Source: Candidatus Eiseniibacteriota bacterium (GTDB lineage: Bacteria > Eisenbacteria > RBG-16-71-46 > CAZAMP01). From it: DNA of 64,000 nt. Of this stretch, positions 9,635 to 20,393 are shown in pieces. The DNA is taken from contig OZ245046.1 of assembly GCA_965224245.1 (NCBI GenBank), positions 2,432,001-2,496,000 of the forward strand, written 5' to 3'. Below the pieces are notes generated by a model. It did not search any database. It was not told the origin of the DNA and saw only the letters and a list, made by a program, of their open reading frames with translations. Made by a program: the position numbers and the translations under genes. Numbering within the stretch: position 1 is the first letter of the stretch; each line of letters opens with the position of its first letter.

Positions 9635-10338
9635 CAGTATCCTCGTCGGTATTCGAAGAAGAAGCGAATGCGGAGGTCGTCCCACTCGAAGCCCGCCGGG
9701 AGCGGCGGGAACTTGGGGACCAGCCTGACGGCCTGGAGCGCGACGGCGTCGAAGTCGGAGATGCCCGACGACTCGTCGATCGCGACGTTCGACGCGGTGC
9801 CGTCCCGGGCGATCCGGAAGGTCACGACCGCCTTCGCGCCGTCCGGCGTCCCCACCAGCGGCGTCCATCGTTCGGTGATGAGCCGGGTGACCGCCTCGGT
9901 GTAGTACGCGTACGGAAACGCGACCTCGGTCTCGAGGCGTCCGCCCGCGCCCTTCTCGGGCTCCGGCGGCGGCGGAACCGGTGAGACGGGGGCGTCCGGC
10001 GGCGCTTCGAGCGTGCGCGGCTCCCTCGGCGTGCGGCGCGGCCTGCGCGTCTCGGGCTTCACCTCGGGGATGCGGCGTTCGCGGGGAACGGGGACCTCGC
10101 CGCGAGGACTCTCGACGCCGGTGACGGGCTGCTCGACGACCTCGGGCATGGGCTCGGGCTCCGGCTCGGGGAGCTGCACGAGCTCGACGACGTGCCCCCT
10201 CGGCACCTGGATGGCATCGTCGGCGTGGGCCACGATCAGGCCGATCACGATCATGCCGAACACGTGCACGCCCATCGACCCCACGAGCGCGGTCGTGAGG
10301 CGGCGGCGCTCCGCGGCGTGAGACTCCAACACCGGCAT
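9634..10338 (-). CDS. TolA/TonB family protein
   Basis: N-terminal TM with SxxxH (SMGVH), Pro/Glu-rich linker, TonB_C-like domain (FRIARDG...SSGISDFDAVALQAV). Confidence 0.82.
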   Translation of the reverse strand: MPVLESHAAERRRLTTALVGSMGVHVFGMIVIGLIVAHADDAIQVPRGHVVELVQLPEPEPEPMPEVVEQPVTGVESPRGEVPVPRERRIPEVKPETRRPRRTPREPRTLEAPPDAPVSPVPPPPEPEKGAGGRLETEVAFPYAYYTEAVTRLITERWTPLVGTPDGAKAVVTFRIARDGTASNVAIDESSGISDFDAVALQAVRLVPKFPPLPAGFEWDDLRIRFFFEYRRGY

Positions 10339-10481
10339 CTCCAGCGCGACTCTCCTAGACGTGGCGGCGTGGCAGGCCCCGAGCCGCGCGCACTATACGC
10401 GCTCAAACGAGAAACGCACACCCGAACGTGAAGTTCCGGGTGTGCGTCGATCGAGACCGGTGGTGCCGGCGCGGCGTCGCG

Positions 10482-11420
10482 CTAGCGCCGTCCGAACCCG
10501 ACGCCGACGAGGAAGCTCAGCGACTCGTGGCTGTACTTCGTGCCCATCAGAAGGAACGCGCGCTCGCGATAGTACGGCGCGTACCGGAGGATGAGGCTCG
10601 CGTACGGATCGCTGGAGTCGTCGTCGGTGCCCACGCGAACGTTCGAGAAGCCGGCGCCGAGATCCAGCGACGCCTTGCGGAACCAGAGCTCGTAGTTCGC
10701 GTAGACGCCGGCCTCCTTGATCGTGGTGCCCTGCTCGTTGCCGAAGCCGAGGGCACCGGTCACGCCGAAGTCGAGCTTGCCGCGCCGGTAGAAGTCCTTC
10801 GCCAGGGAGAACGTCAGGAAGTTCGCGTCCTCGGTGAACTCGACGTACGCGGCCAGGCTCGCGGAGATCGGGAAGACGCTCCAGGGATCCCGGTTCCGGT
10901 ACGCGACCATGTCCTCGACCTCTCGCGCGAGCGCGAGCCGGCGCTGATCGTTGGCGAAGAGCGTATCCTCGAGCGTCGCCTGCTGGCTGGCGAGCGCGTC
11001 GCGCCGCGCGTTCAGGGCGTCGACCTGCGCGCGCAGGTCGCGGAGCCGGTCGCGCTGCGTGCCGAGACGCCCGCGGAGCTGAAGGTTCTCGGCGGTCAGA
11101 TCCTGGGCCTTCTGGCGGGACTCCTGGATGCGCTCGACCTCGCGGGGGATCTCGGCGCGCAGGTCCCGGGCGAGGTGGTCGATCGAGTCGCGACGCGCCT
11201 CGGCGCCCCGGATCTCGGCCTCCTTGTCCGCGATGCGCTCACGCTCGGTCGCGATCGAGGCCTCGGCGGCCTGCTCGGTCGCCACGACCTCCTGCCGGGC
11301 CTGCTCGATCGCGGTGACACCCTCGGTGCGGTAGCAGTGCACGCCGAACCCGAGGACCAGCACGACCATCAGGATCGTGTCGATGATGGCCCCGAGGATG
11401 GGGATGTTGAACAGCTTCAT
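10482..11420 (-). CDS. Hypothetical: N-terminal TM, long coiled coil, C-terminal beta-barrel-like domain
   Basis: ATG 11420 after GGAGG; heptad-rich middle; amphipathic strands ending SFLVGVGFGRR. Confidence 0.7.
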   Translation of the reverse strand: MKLFNIPILGAIIDTILMVVLVLGFGVHCYRTEGVTAIEQARQEVVATEQAAEASIATERERIADKEAEIRGAEARRDSIDHLARDLRAEIPREVERIQESRQKAQDLTAENLQLRGRLGTQRDRLRDLRAQVDALNARRDALASQQATLEDTLFANDQRRLALAREVEDMVAYRNRDPWSVFPISASLAAYVEFTEDANFLTFSLAKDFYRRGKLDFGVTGALGFGNEQGTTIKEAGVYANYELWFRKASLDLGAGFSNVRVGTDDDSSDPYASLILRYAPYYRERAFLLMGTKYSHESLSFLVGVGFGRR

Positions 11421-11431
11421 GACGTCCCCTC

Positions 11432-12040
11432 CTACTTGTACGGGCGCCCGGGATCGATGAGACCCCGCGTCCGGTCGAATTCCTCGGGATGCTCGAGACG
11501 ATACAGGCGGTCCCGGAGCGTCTGCTGCTCCTGGCCGAGCGTCGTGATCGAGTCCTGGAGCGCGGCGATGTTCGAGGTGTGCTCGTCGATCGCGCGCTCC
11601 GCCTCCGCTTTGTTCAATGTCGCCTGTTCCAGCGGCTCCTTGAGTTCTTCGAGCTGCTCGGTGAGGCGGGCGATGCCGGCCTCGAGGGTGGGGAACGTCT
11701 GTTCGATGCCCCGCCGCACCGCCACGAGGCTGTCGTGGGTGCTCTTGGCCCACTCGTACTCGGGCACGGTGAGCGTGTCGATGGACATCTCGACCGCGAA
11801 GAGCTCGTTCTCGCGCGTCAGGAACTCGGCGTCGAGCTCCTCCAGGCGGTCGGCCTCGGCCTTCTTGATCTTGTTGACGGCGCTCTCGGCGTCGGCGACG
11901 TACGGTGAGACGTAGGCGTCCGCGAAGATGCTTCCCAAGAACGGCATCAGAAGCAGCCACCAGCGGCGCATGATCGTCGCGAGCAACGGCGCCTTGGGAG
12001 TCCGCCAGTAGGTGGTGGACTTCCTCTTTACGGGAACCAT
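11432..12040 (-). CDS. Hypothetical single-TM coiled-coil protein
   Basis: RRWWLLLMPFLGSIF TM followed by an acidic coiled coil. Start uncertain (12064, 12040 or 11971). Confidence 0.65.
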   Translation of the reverse strand: MVPVKRKSTTYWRTPKAPLLATIMRRWWLLLMPFLGSIFADAYVSPYVADAESAVNKIKKAEADRLEELDAEFLTRENELFAVEMSIDTLTVPEYEWAKSTHDSLVAVRRGIEQTFPTLEAGIARLTEQLEELKEPLEQATLNKAEAERAIDEHTSNIAALQDSITTLGQEQQTLRDRLYRLEHPEEFDRTRGLIDPGRPYK

Positions 12041-12320
12041 GCCCTTCCCCTCATTCTTCGTCACGCGCCTCGGCGCGCCTCCGCCCCGGGATCGCCCATC
12101 GGCCGACCCCGCACACGGACCCCTCTACGACGGCCGCACGGCTCGCGCGTTGCCATCGCGTTACGGTTCCACGGGTTTCGAGACAGTGGCCGCCCAGCGG
12201 CGCGCCCGCTGGCAGGGAATTCGCTGCAGCCGATGTTACCGGGCACCCCCGGGTTTGACAAGCCCCCCGCGCGACCGCGCCCCCCCATGGAGGGCGCGGC
12301 GCGGACGGCCCCCGGTCGGG

Positions 12321-13277
12321 CTAGAGGCCGACGGCGTCGACCTCGACCTTGACCGACTGGACCGCCTTGGCCGACTTGTCCAGGAGGGCCCGCTCGTCGG
12401 CCGTGAGCTCCATCTCGATGACCCGCTCGACGCCGTTCCGGCCGAGAACGACCGGTACGCCGATGAACAGGCCGTCGTAGCCGTACTCGCCTTCGAGCCG
12501 GACGCAGCAGGGGAGGATCTTCTTCTGGTCGTAGGCGATGGCCTCGGCCATGGCGAGCGCCGCCCAGGCCGGCGACACGAACGCGGAGCCGACTCCGAGA
12601 AGCTTGACGACCTCGCCCCCCGCCTTTCGCGTCCGATCCTCGATGGCGGCCAGGGTGGCCTCGTCGACGAACGACTCGACCGGCATGCCGGCGATGCGGC
12701 ATGCGCTCCGGATGGGCACCATCGTGTCGCCGTGTCCGCCCAGCACCATCGCCTCGACGTTGGAGACCGAGACGCCGGCCGCATCGGCCACGAACCGGCG
12801 GTAGCGCGCGCTGTCCAGCACGCCGGCCATGCCCAGGAGCCGGTTCTTGGGCGGATCCAGACGCTGATGGAGTCGGTACACGATCGCATCCAGCGGGTTC
12901 GCGATCGAGATCACGAGCGCGCCCGGGCAGTGCTCGCGAATGCCCGCCGCGACCATGTCGGTGATCTTCAGGTTGGTGGCGAGAAGCTCCTCGCGGCTGG
13001 GGAGCGAGCCGTCCGGCTTCGGCTTGCGCGGCACGCCCGCGGTGTTGATGACCACGTCCGACCCGGCAAGCACGTCGTACGTCTTGCTGCCCACGCAGGT
13101 GACGTCGCTGCCGAGGATCGGCGCGCCCTCGGCGACGTCGAGTGCCTTGCCGGCGGCGAAGTCCGGCGTGGCCACATCCATGAGACCGACCTCGCGCGCC
13201 AGCCCTCGGCGTGCGATCTCCTGAAGCAGTACGCCGCCGATGTTCCCACCGCCGACGATCCCGATCTTGCCCAGCAT
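12321..13277 (-). CDS. mdh: Malate dehydrogenase (LDH-like)
   Basis: GIVGGGNIG, TAGVPRKP...SREELLATN, NPLDA, GMAGVLDSAR, VLGGHGDTMVP. Confidence 0.95.
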   Translation of the reverse strand: MLGKIGIVGGGNIGGVLLQEIARRGLAREVGLMDVATPDFAAGKALDVAEGAPILGSDVTCVGSKTYDVLAGSDVVINTAGVPRKPKPDGSLPSREELLATNLKITDMVAAGIREHCPGALVISIANPLDAIVYRLHQRLDPPKNRLLGMAGVLDSARYRRFVADAAGVSVSNVEAMVLGGHGDTMVPIRSACRIAGMPVESFVDEATLAAIEDRTRKAGGEVVKLLGVGSAFVSPAWAALAMAEAIAYDQKKILPCCVRLEGEYGYDGLFIGVPVVLGRNGVERVIEMELTADERALLDKSAKAVQSVKVEVDAVGL

Positions 13278-13398
13278 CGTCCTCGTCCTTTCACCGGCAA
13301 AACCCGCGCACACGCCCGTGCACGGGCTTTTCGCGGCCGATGAGTGTGATCTCGACGTGACGCTCCCGCAAGCGGAATCTGGGGGGCGAGCCGTCCGT

Positions 13399-13689
13399 TC
13401 AGGCGACGATCTCGAGCTGGGCGCGCCAGCCGTACTTGGCACAGATGGCGGTCGCGAGGGTGCGGAGGGCGTGGATGGTCCGACCTTGCTTTCCTATGAG
13501 CTGGCCCGCGGCGCGCGGGCTGCCCGGAACGACCTCGATGAGGACGAGGTTCCCGGCGTGGGTGAAGTTCGTCGCGCACGTTTCACGATCGTCGATGAGC
13601 TCGGCGACGAGCGTCTCGATCACGTTCGCGATCTCTTTCGTCGTCTGTTCGGTTCGTCGCCGCTGTCTGAGCGTTACCGTCGACTCCAC
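13399..13689 (-). CDS. KH domain RNA-binding protein (KhpA-like)
   Basis: GQLIGKQGRTIHALRTL GxxG KH motif. GTG start after GAGGGG. Confidence 0.8.
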   Translation of the reverse strand: MESTVTLRQRRRTEQTTKEIANVIETLVAELIDDRETCATNFTHAGNLVLIEVVPGSPRAAGQLIGKQGRTIHALRTLATAICAKYGWRAQLEIVA

Positions 13690-14392
13690 GAGCTGTCCCC
13701 TCGGTGTCGTGCATCTTTGCAACCGACGCTTGTCGTCACCGGATCACGCGCGAACCGATGGATCCGGCTCGCAATCCCTCCAAACTGCTGTGTACGATAC
13801 ACACCAGAACCGCGTATGGGCAAATGGAAAACGCGATCGGCGTTCCGTTCTCGCTGGCGCCCCCGGGCGCCTGCCGCCTTTCCGGTGGGTGGCGGTGTGG
13901 CCTTCCGGGGATCCGTCGTGCCGTCGATCGCCCTCGGGTGGGCACGGGTCGGGCGAGACGCTGGCAGAGCATCCGGCGGGGGTGGCCGGCCAAAGGCAAG
14001 GGCCACCCCCGCCAAGGGTTATCACGTGTTCCTCGGAGGGAGCTAGTCGGTCAACTCCCCATTCGGATGTCGACTGCTACTTTCCAACAGCATCTCCTCC
14101 CCCGGCAGTGCCGGCGCCCGGTGGTGTCTCGGCCGTCATCGACCATCGGTTCGACGGCGGTCGCTCGCCTCGCCGGGCGTTCGTCGGGGCTCCTGAAGCG
14201 CGGCGCCCTCTCCGCGGCCGCGAGACGGTGGACCGGACGGCCCACTCCCCTCGCATCATCGAGCCACGGGCACTCGAGCAAGGGGCATGCGTCGACGTCT
14301 CCGGCTACTGGGTCCAAGGTAGCAGGTTTGTGCCGTGAGCGACCAGCCTCCGAATCACGCGGGACGTGGCGGTTGCCCGAGTCGCGCGGCTC

Positions 14393-14402
14393 GTGATAAC
14401 GT
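14393..14402 (+). promoter_or_regulatory. Putative extended -10 promoter, P-domain paralog 1
   Basis: GTGATAACGT (TGnTAnnnT); equivalent motifs lie at similar distances before paralogs 2 and 3. Confidence 0.45.
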
Positions 14403-14591
14403 GTTCCTCGTTGGTGTTCGGACTGTCTCGATCTCGCAGCCTCTTCCGTCTGCTCCCTCGGAGAGCCGTGGAGCGCGCGACATCGTCTGGTCTGCAACTC
14501 TTGGTGTTTTTGCTCCGGCACGGGTGTCTTCCGAGTCCGACATGTGGCGGTCGTCCGTGCCTTTCGGTCTCTTCAACTCAAGGAGTCCAGG

Positions 14592-15266
14592 ATGAACTGG
14601 AAGGGTATCTGTGGTCTCGCTCTCGGTATGGTCGTCGCGGTTGGCACCGCCTCGGCGGAGAAGGTCCCGTACCACGGTGACACCTACGGGCCGGACGGCG
14701 GCTGTGACACCACCGACTACAAGCTGTACACGGGCACGGGCGGCTCCATCCCGGATTGCGATCCGGCCGGCGTATCGTTCCAGGTGGCCACGGATGCCGA
14801 CGGCGACACGATCGACGACGTCATCCTCAGCGCCGAGCTGAGCCACACCTGGTCCGGCGACCTTCGCCTGTGGCTCTCGTACGACGTCGAGTGCGACGGC
14901 ACCGACGATGCCGGTCCCGTCGCCGCGCTCTGTCGCCCGGGACTCGGCACCTGCGATCCCGACGGCTGCTGCGGCTGCTCGGCCGGAGTCCTTGGTCTGT
15001 ACATGTTCAGCGACGACGGTGGTATCCCGCTCGCCGAGGACTGCATCGCGGTGGATCCGGGCTGCTACTCGCCGGCGATCGACTCGCCGAACCCGTTCGC
15101 GGTCTTCGACGGACTCGCCAAGGGTGGCTGCTTCAACCTGTTCGCGGCCGACGGCGCCTGCGCCGACACCGGCACGGTCAACACGTGGATCGTCGCCGTG
15201 AAGAACGGAACCGGCGGCGTCCCGACCGAGAGCGTCAGCTGGGGCGAGCTCAAGTCCACGTACTAG
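14592..15266 (+). CDS. Secreted Cys-rich proprotein-convertase P-domain protein, paralog 1
   Basis: Signal peptide; IPD..G...IDDV....HTWSGDLRLWL P-domain signature; 12 mature Cys; C-terminal SWGELKSTY. RBS AAGGAG. Confidence 0.85.
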   Translation: MNWKGICGLALGMVVAVGTASAEKVPYHGDTYGPDGGCDTTDYKLYTGTGGSIPDCDPAGVSFQVATDADGDTIDDVILSAELSHTWSGDLRLWLSYDVECDGTDDAGPVAALCRPGLGTCDPDGCCGCSAGVLGLYMFSDDGGIPLAEDCIAVDPGCYSPAIDSPNPFAVFDGLAKGGCFNLFAADGACADTGTVNTWIVAVKNGTGGVPTESVSWGELKSTY

Positions 15267-15295
15267 GGGCCTGAGCACAGACTGAGAGATCCCCG

Positions 15296-15331
15296 GGGCG
15301 TCCGCGGCACCGTTCGCGGACGCCCTTTTTT
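15296..15331 (+). terminator. Intrinsic terminator
   Basis: GGGCGTCCGCG / CGCGGACGCCC stem followed by T6. Confidence 0.85.
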
Positions 15332-15440
15332 CAATCCCCTTTGCCGCACCCGTTTGCGCTCACGCCACCCGCTGGGCCCCGACCGACCCCTCCCCGCCCG
15401 CCCGCTGGGCTCCGGCCCACTAGTCGCCGGAAGCGCCCAC

Positions 15441-15616
15441 GTGGTATTGTATTCTGGATGGGAAGCTCAGACTCGAGCATTCACTTCAGGGAACCATGGA
15501 ACGCACGACACGTGGGCAAAGGCGCGGGTGTGCGGTACGTGGCATCGAGAAACGTCAACTCGGAAGGTTCAGCGTCTCTGGCAGCCCAACAGGGGTATCG
15601 GCGAAGGAGTCTCAGC
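15441..15616 (+). promoter_or_regulatory. Extended -10 (GTGGTATTGT) plus conserved structured 5' leader, paralog 2
   Basis: Blocks GGAAGCTCAGACTCGAGCAT and CGAGAAACGTCAACTCGGAA are shared with the paralog 3 leader. Confidence 0.6.
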
Positions 15617-16300
15617 ATGAACGCCAAGGGTATCTGTAGCGTCGCTCTCGGAATGGTCATCGTGGCCGGATCGGCGGTCGCGGAAAAGGTCCCGTACGAC
15701 ACCGGCGACTACACGCCGGACGGCGACTGCCCCGTGGACGGATACAAGCTCTTCGAGAGCACCGCCTTCCTGAGCATCCCGGACTGCGATCCGACGGGCG
15801 TCAGCAACGTCATCGCCACCGACGACGACGGTGCCACGATCGACGACGTCATTCTCGCCGTCGAGGGTTTCCACACCTGGATCGGCGACCTCCGCATCTG
15901 GCTGTCGTACGACGTGGGTTGCGACGGTGCGGCCGACGCCGGCCCGGTCGCCGCGCTGTGTCGCCCGGCACTGGGCACCTGCGATCCCGACGGCTGCTGC
16001 GGCTGCTCCGGAGATCTCGAAGGTGTGTACCTGTTCAGCGACGCTGGCGGCGACCCGATGGGCGAGTTCGACTGCCCGAGCTTCATTCCGGGCGGCTGCT
16101 ATGGTGTCGCGGTCGACTCGCCGAACCCGTTCGCGGTGTTCGACGGCCTGCCGAAGGGCGGCTGCTTCGAGCTGTTCGTGGCCGACGGCGCGTGCGCGGA
16201 CACGGGATTCATTGCGAGCTGGGGCGTGGCCGTCCTGAACGGACCCGGCGGCACCCCGACGCAGGACGTGAGCTGGGGCGCGCTCAAGTCGGCTTACTAG
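15617..16300 (+). CDS. Secreted Cys-rich P-domain protein, paralog 2
   Basis: Same architecture as paralog 1: HTWIGDLRIWL, TCDPDGCCGCS, C-terminal SWGALKSAY. Confidence 0.85.
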   Translation: MNAKGICSVALGMVIVAGSAVAEKVPYDTGDYTPDGDCPVDGYKLFESTAFLSIPDCDPTGVSNVIATDDDGATIDDVILAVEGFHTWIGDLRIWLSYDVGCDGAADAGPVAALCRPALGTCDPDGCCGCSGDLEGVYLFSDAGGDPMGEFDCPSFIPGGCYGVAVDSPNPFAVFDGLPKGGCFELFVADGACADTGFIASWGVAVLNGPGGTPTQDVSWGALKSAY

Positions 16301-16332
16301 AGCCTGCTCACACCGAGACCGACGTCTGAACC

Positions 16333-16363
16333 GGCGTCCGCGGCTCGTCCGCGGACGCCTTTT
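16333..16363 (+). terminator. Intrinsic terminator
   Basis: GGCGTCCGCGG / CCGCGGACGCC stem + T4; paralogous to the 15296 terminator. Confidence 0.8.
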
Positions 16364-16489
16364 AGTGCTCTCGGCCCCACACCCTGGTCAGGCTCCACAC
16401 CCCCCCCGGCTCCGCGGCTCTTGCCGCCCGCGCCCCACGCTCACATGCCTCGTGACCCCACTTATGGGCTGGCGGGGCCAAATCCCTGC

Positions 16490-16658
16490 GTGATATCATG
16501 CATCAGGTGGAAGCTCAGACCCGAGCATCTGGCACGCACGTGGCACCTTCTCGTGGGCGGAGAAGACACGTGCGTCTGGCACCCGGCAACGAGAAACGTC
16601 AACTCGGAACACACTTGTGTCTGGCGGCCTATCTGGGTAACGACGAAGGAGTCTCAGC
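16490..16658 (+). promoter_or_regulatory. Extended -10 (GTGATATCAT) plus conserved structured 5' leader, paralog 3
   Basis: GGAAGCTCAGACCCGAGCAT; stem ACGCACGTG/CACGTGCGT; CGAGAAACGTCAACTCGGAA; GAAGGAGTCTCAGC-ATG. Confidence 0.6.
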
Positions 16659-17336
16659 ATGAACTTCAGGGGTATCTGTAGCCTCGCTCTCGGGATGGTG
16701 ATCGTGGCCGGCGCCGCGTCCGCCGAGAAGGTCCCGTACCACGGCGACACCTACGGTCCGGACGGTGGATGCGTGACCGACGGTTACAAGTCCTTCTCCG
16801 GGCCCGGCGGCATGTTCATTCCGGACTGCGACCCGGCTGGCGTGTCACAGGGCGTCGCCACCGAGGATGACGGCGCGACCATCGACGACGTCATTCTCGC
16901 CGTCGAGATGGACCACACCTGGGTCGGCGATCTGCGCATCTGGCTCTCATACGACATGAACTGCGACGGCACGGCCGAGGCCGGTCCCGTGGCCGCGCTC
17001 TGCCGCCCGGGGCTCGGCACCTGCGATCCCGACGGCTGCTGCGGCTGCTCTGCCGGCGTCTTTGGCGTGTATCTCTTCAGCGACGACGGTGGCGTTCCGC
17101 TGGCCGAGGACTGCGTCGCGGTGGACCCGGGCTGCTACTCGGCCGCGATCGACTCGCCGAATCCGTTCGCGGTCTTCGACGGCATGCCGAAGGGCGGCTG
17201 CTTCGAGCTGTTCGCGGCGGACGGCGCCTGCGCCGACACGGGGTCGGTCCGCAGCTGGACCGTCTACGTGGCCAACGGTGGCGGTGGCACGCCGACCGAG
17301 ACCGTGAGCTGGGGCCACCTGAAGTCCAGCTACTAG
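16659..17336 (+). CDS. Secreted Cys-rich P-domain protein, paralog 3
   Basis: Same architecture; C-terminal SWGHLKSSY. Confidence 0.85.
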   Translation: MNFRGICSLALGMVIVAGAASAEKVPYHGDTYGPDGGCVTDGYKSFSGPGGMFIPDCDPAGVSQGVATEDDGATIDDVILAVEMDHTWVGDLRIWLSYDMNCDGTAEAGPVAALCRPGLGTCDPDGCCGCSAGVFGVYLFSDDGGVPLAEDCVAVDPGCYSAAIDSPNPFAVFDGMPKGGCFELFAADGACADTGSVRSWTVYVANGGGGTPTETVSWGHLKSSY

Positions 17337-17421
17337 ACCTGGCGGATACGAGGCGCACCTGATCCCGGGTGCGGCCAGCGCCCATCGCGACCGCCGGGAG
17401 ACTGATCGGGTCTGATCGATG

Positions 17422-17454
17422 CGAGCCGTTCCTCACGGGACGGCTCGATTTTTT
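17422..17454 (+). terminator. Intrinsic terminator
   Basis: CGAGCCGTTCC / GGGACGGCTCG stem followed by a T run. Confidence 0.75.
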
Positions 17455-17494
17455 GATATCCCCTGCGTCCGCATCCGGTCGGGTACCGGGCCGC

Positions 17495-19348
<1,854 letters not shown>

Positions 19349-19476
19349 GCCGGAGTCCGGTCTTCGACCCCGATGACCCTCTCGTCGCGCCTGCGAGGCG
19401 GCGGTGATCGGGGTGAGCGCGGGTCACGCGGGGCTCGGGGATCTCGTCGTCATGATCGTCCGGCGGACCCGGTTCC

Positions 19477-19824
19477 TTAGCGGGATCTGCCCTCGCCCGG
19501 ATCGGGCCGCACGACCGCCACCCGGCCTCGCCGGAGGGCGAGCAGCATGATGCCGGTCTCCAGGAGCTCCTCGGCCAGGAAGACCGCCGCGAACGCGATC
19601 GGCCAGGTCGTGGAAGTCGCGACGCCGCCGATCAGGAACCCCAGCCCGGCGGCCACGATGAGTGCCCGGAAGCCGCGAATCACGTGGGCGGTCCCGTCCG
19701 GGTCGGCCGCGGCCCCCAGGCCCCGCCGGAACGCCCGGATCCCCCGCCAGCCGGACGCCACGAGCCCGGCGGCGGCCGCCGAGAGCGTCACCTGGCGGAT
19801 CGGCGTGTCGAAGAGCCAGTCCAT
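19477..19824 (-). CDS. Small membrane hypothetical protein
   Basis: MDWLFD after GAGGAGG; about 3 hydrophobic segments; AEELLETG motif. Confidence 0.6.
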   Translation of the reverse strand: MDWLFDTPIRQVTLSAAAAGLVASGWRGIRAFRRGLGAAADPDGTAHVIRGFRALIVAAGLGFLIGGVATSTTWPIAFAAVFLAEELLETGIMLLALRRGRVAVVRPDPGEGRSR

Positions 19825-19924
19825 CCCATCCTCCTCGCGCGAGGGAGGGCCCGGAAGATACGGCCGGGCGCGGCACGGGTTGCCCCGAGAAGGTGCTCGG
19901 GCGGGGACCGGGGCCACGTGCCGG

Positions 19925-20218
19925 TCAGAGCGGTGCGACGGCGTCGCCGTCGCCCGCCGCGTCGCGCGCGCCCCAGGCGCGGCGGGCCTCCTCCCACGAG
20001 AAGAACCGCCGGACCGAGACCTCTCCGTCTCGAGCGTCGAAGATCGCGGCCACCGGGTCGTTCACGCCGTACCACCAGCGCGTGCGCAGCGGGAAGAAGA
20101 TCGCGAAGTCGCGTCCGGATGGATCGCCCCGGAGCTCGGCGTCCCGCCATCCCATGCGAGCGACCATCAGCCAGAGCTCGTGATCTTCCGGATGTCGAAA
20201 CGAGAGCTGAGAGCCCAT
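19925..20218 (-). CDS. Hypothetical protein (97 aa)
   Basis: ATG after GGAGG; protein-like composition (MGSQLSFRHPEDHELWL...). Confidence 0.45.
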   Translation of the reverse strand: MGSQLSFRHPEDHELWLMVARMGWRDAELRGDPSGRDFAIFFPLRTRWWYGVNDPVAAIFDARDGEVSVRRFFSWEEARRAWGARDAAGDGDAVAPL

Positions 20219-20393
20219 GTCGGTGAGCCTCCGGCTTCGTGTTCGGGGTCGCGTCTGGTGTGGAGTCGGCGTGGGCGATCGCGCGCGCGCGGCCCAATGC
20301 GTGTATTCTAGCGCACGTCGACCGACCGGCGCGCGGCGCCGGTCGGAGGGTCGGGTCGCTCGACGGCGTCGAGCGCATCGTGAGGGAGGATCC

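Noticed and set aside
14592-17454. CRISPR array or mobile-element repeats
   Set aside because: The repeats are paralogous genes and terminators; no repeat-spacer periodicity, cas, transposase or integrase gene was seen in the window.
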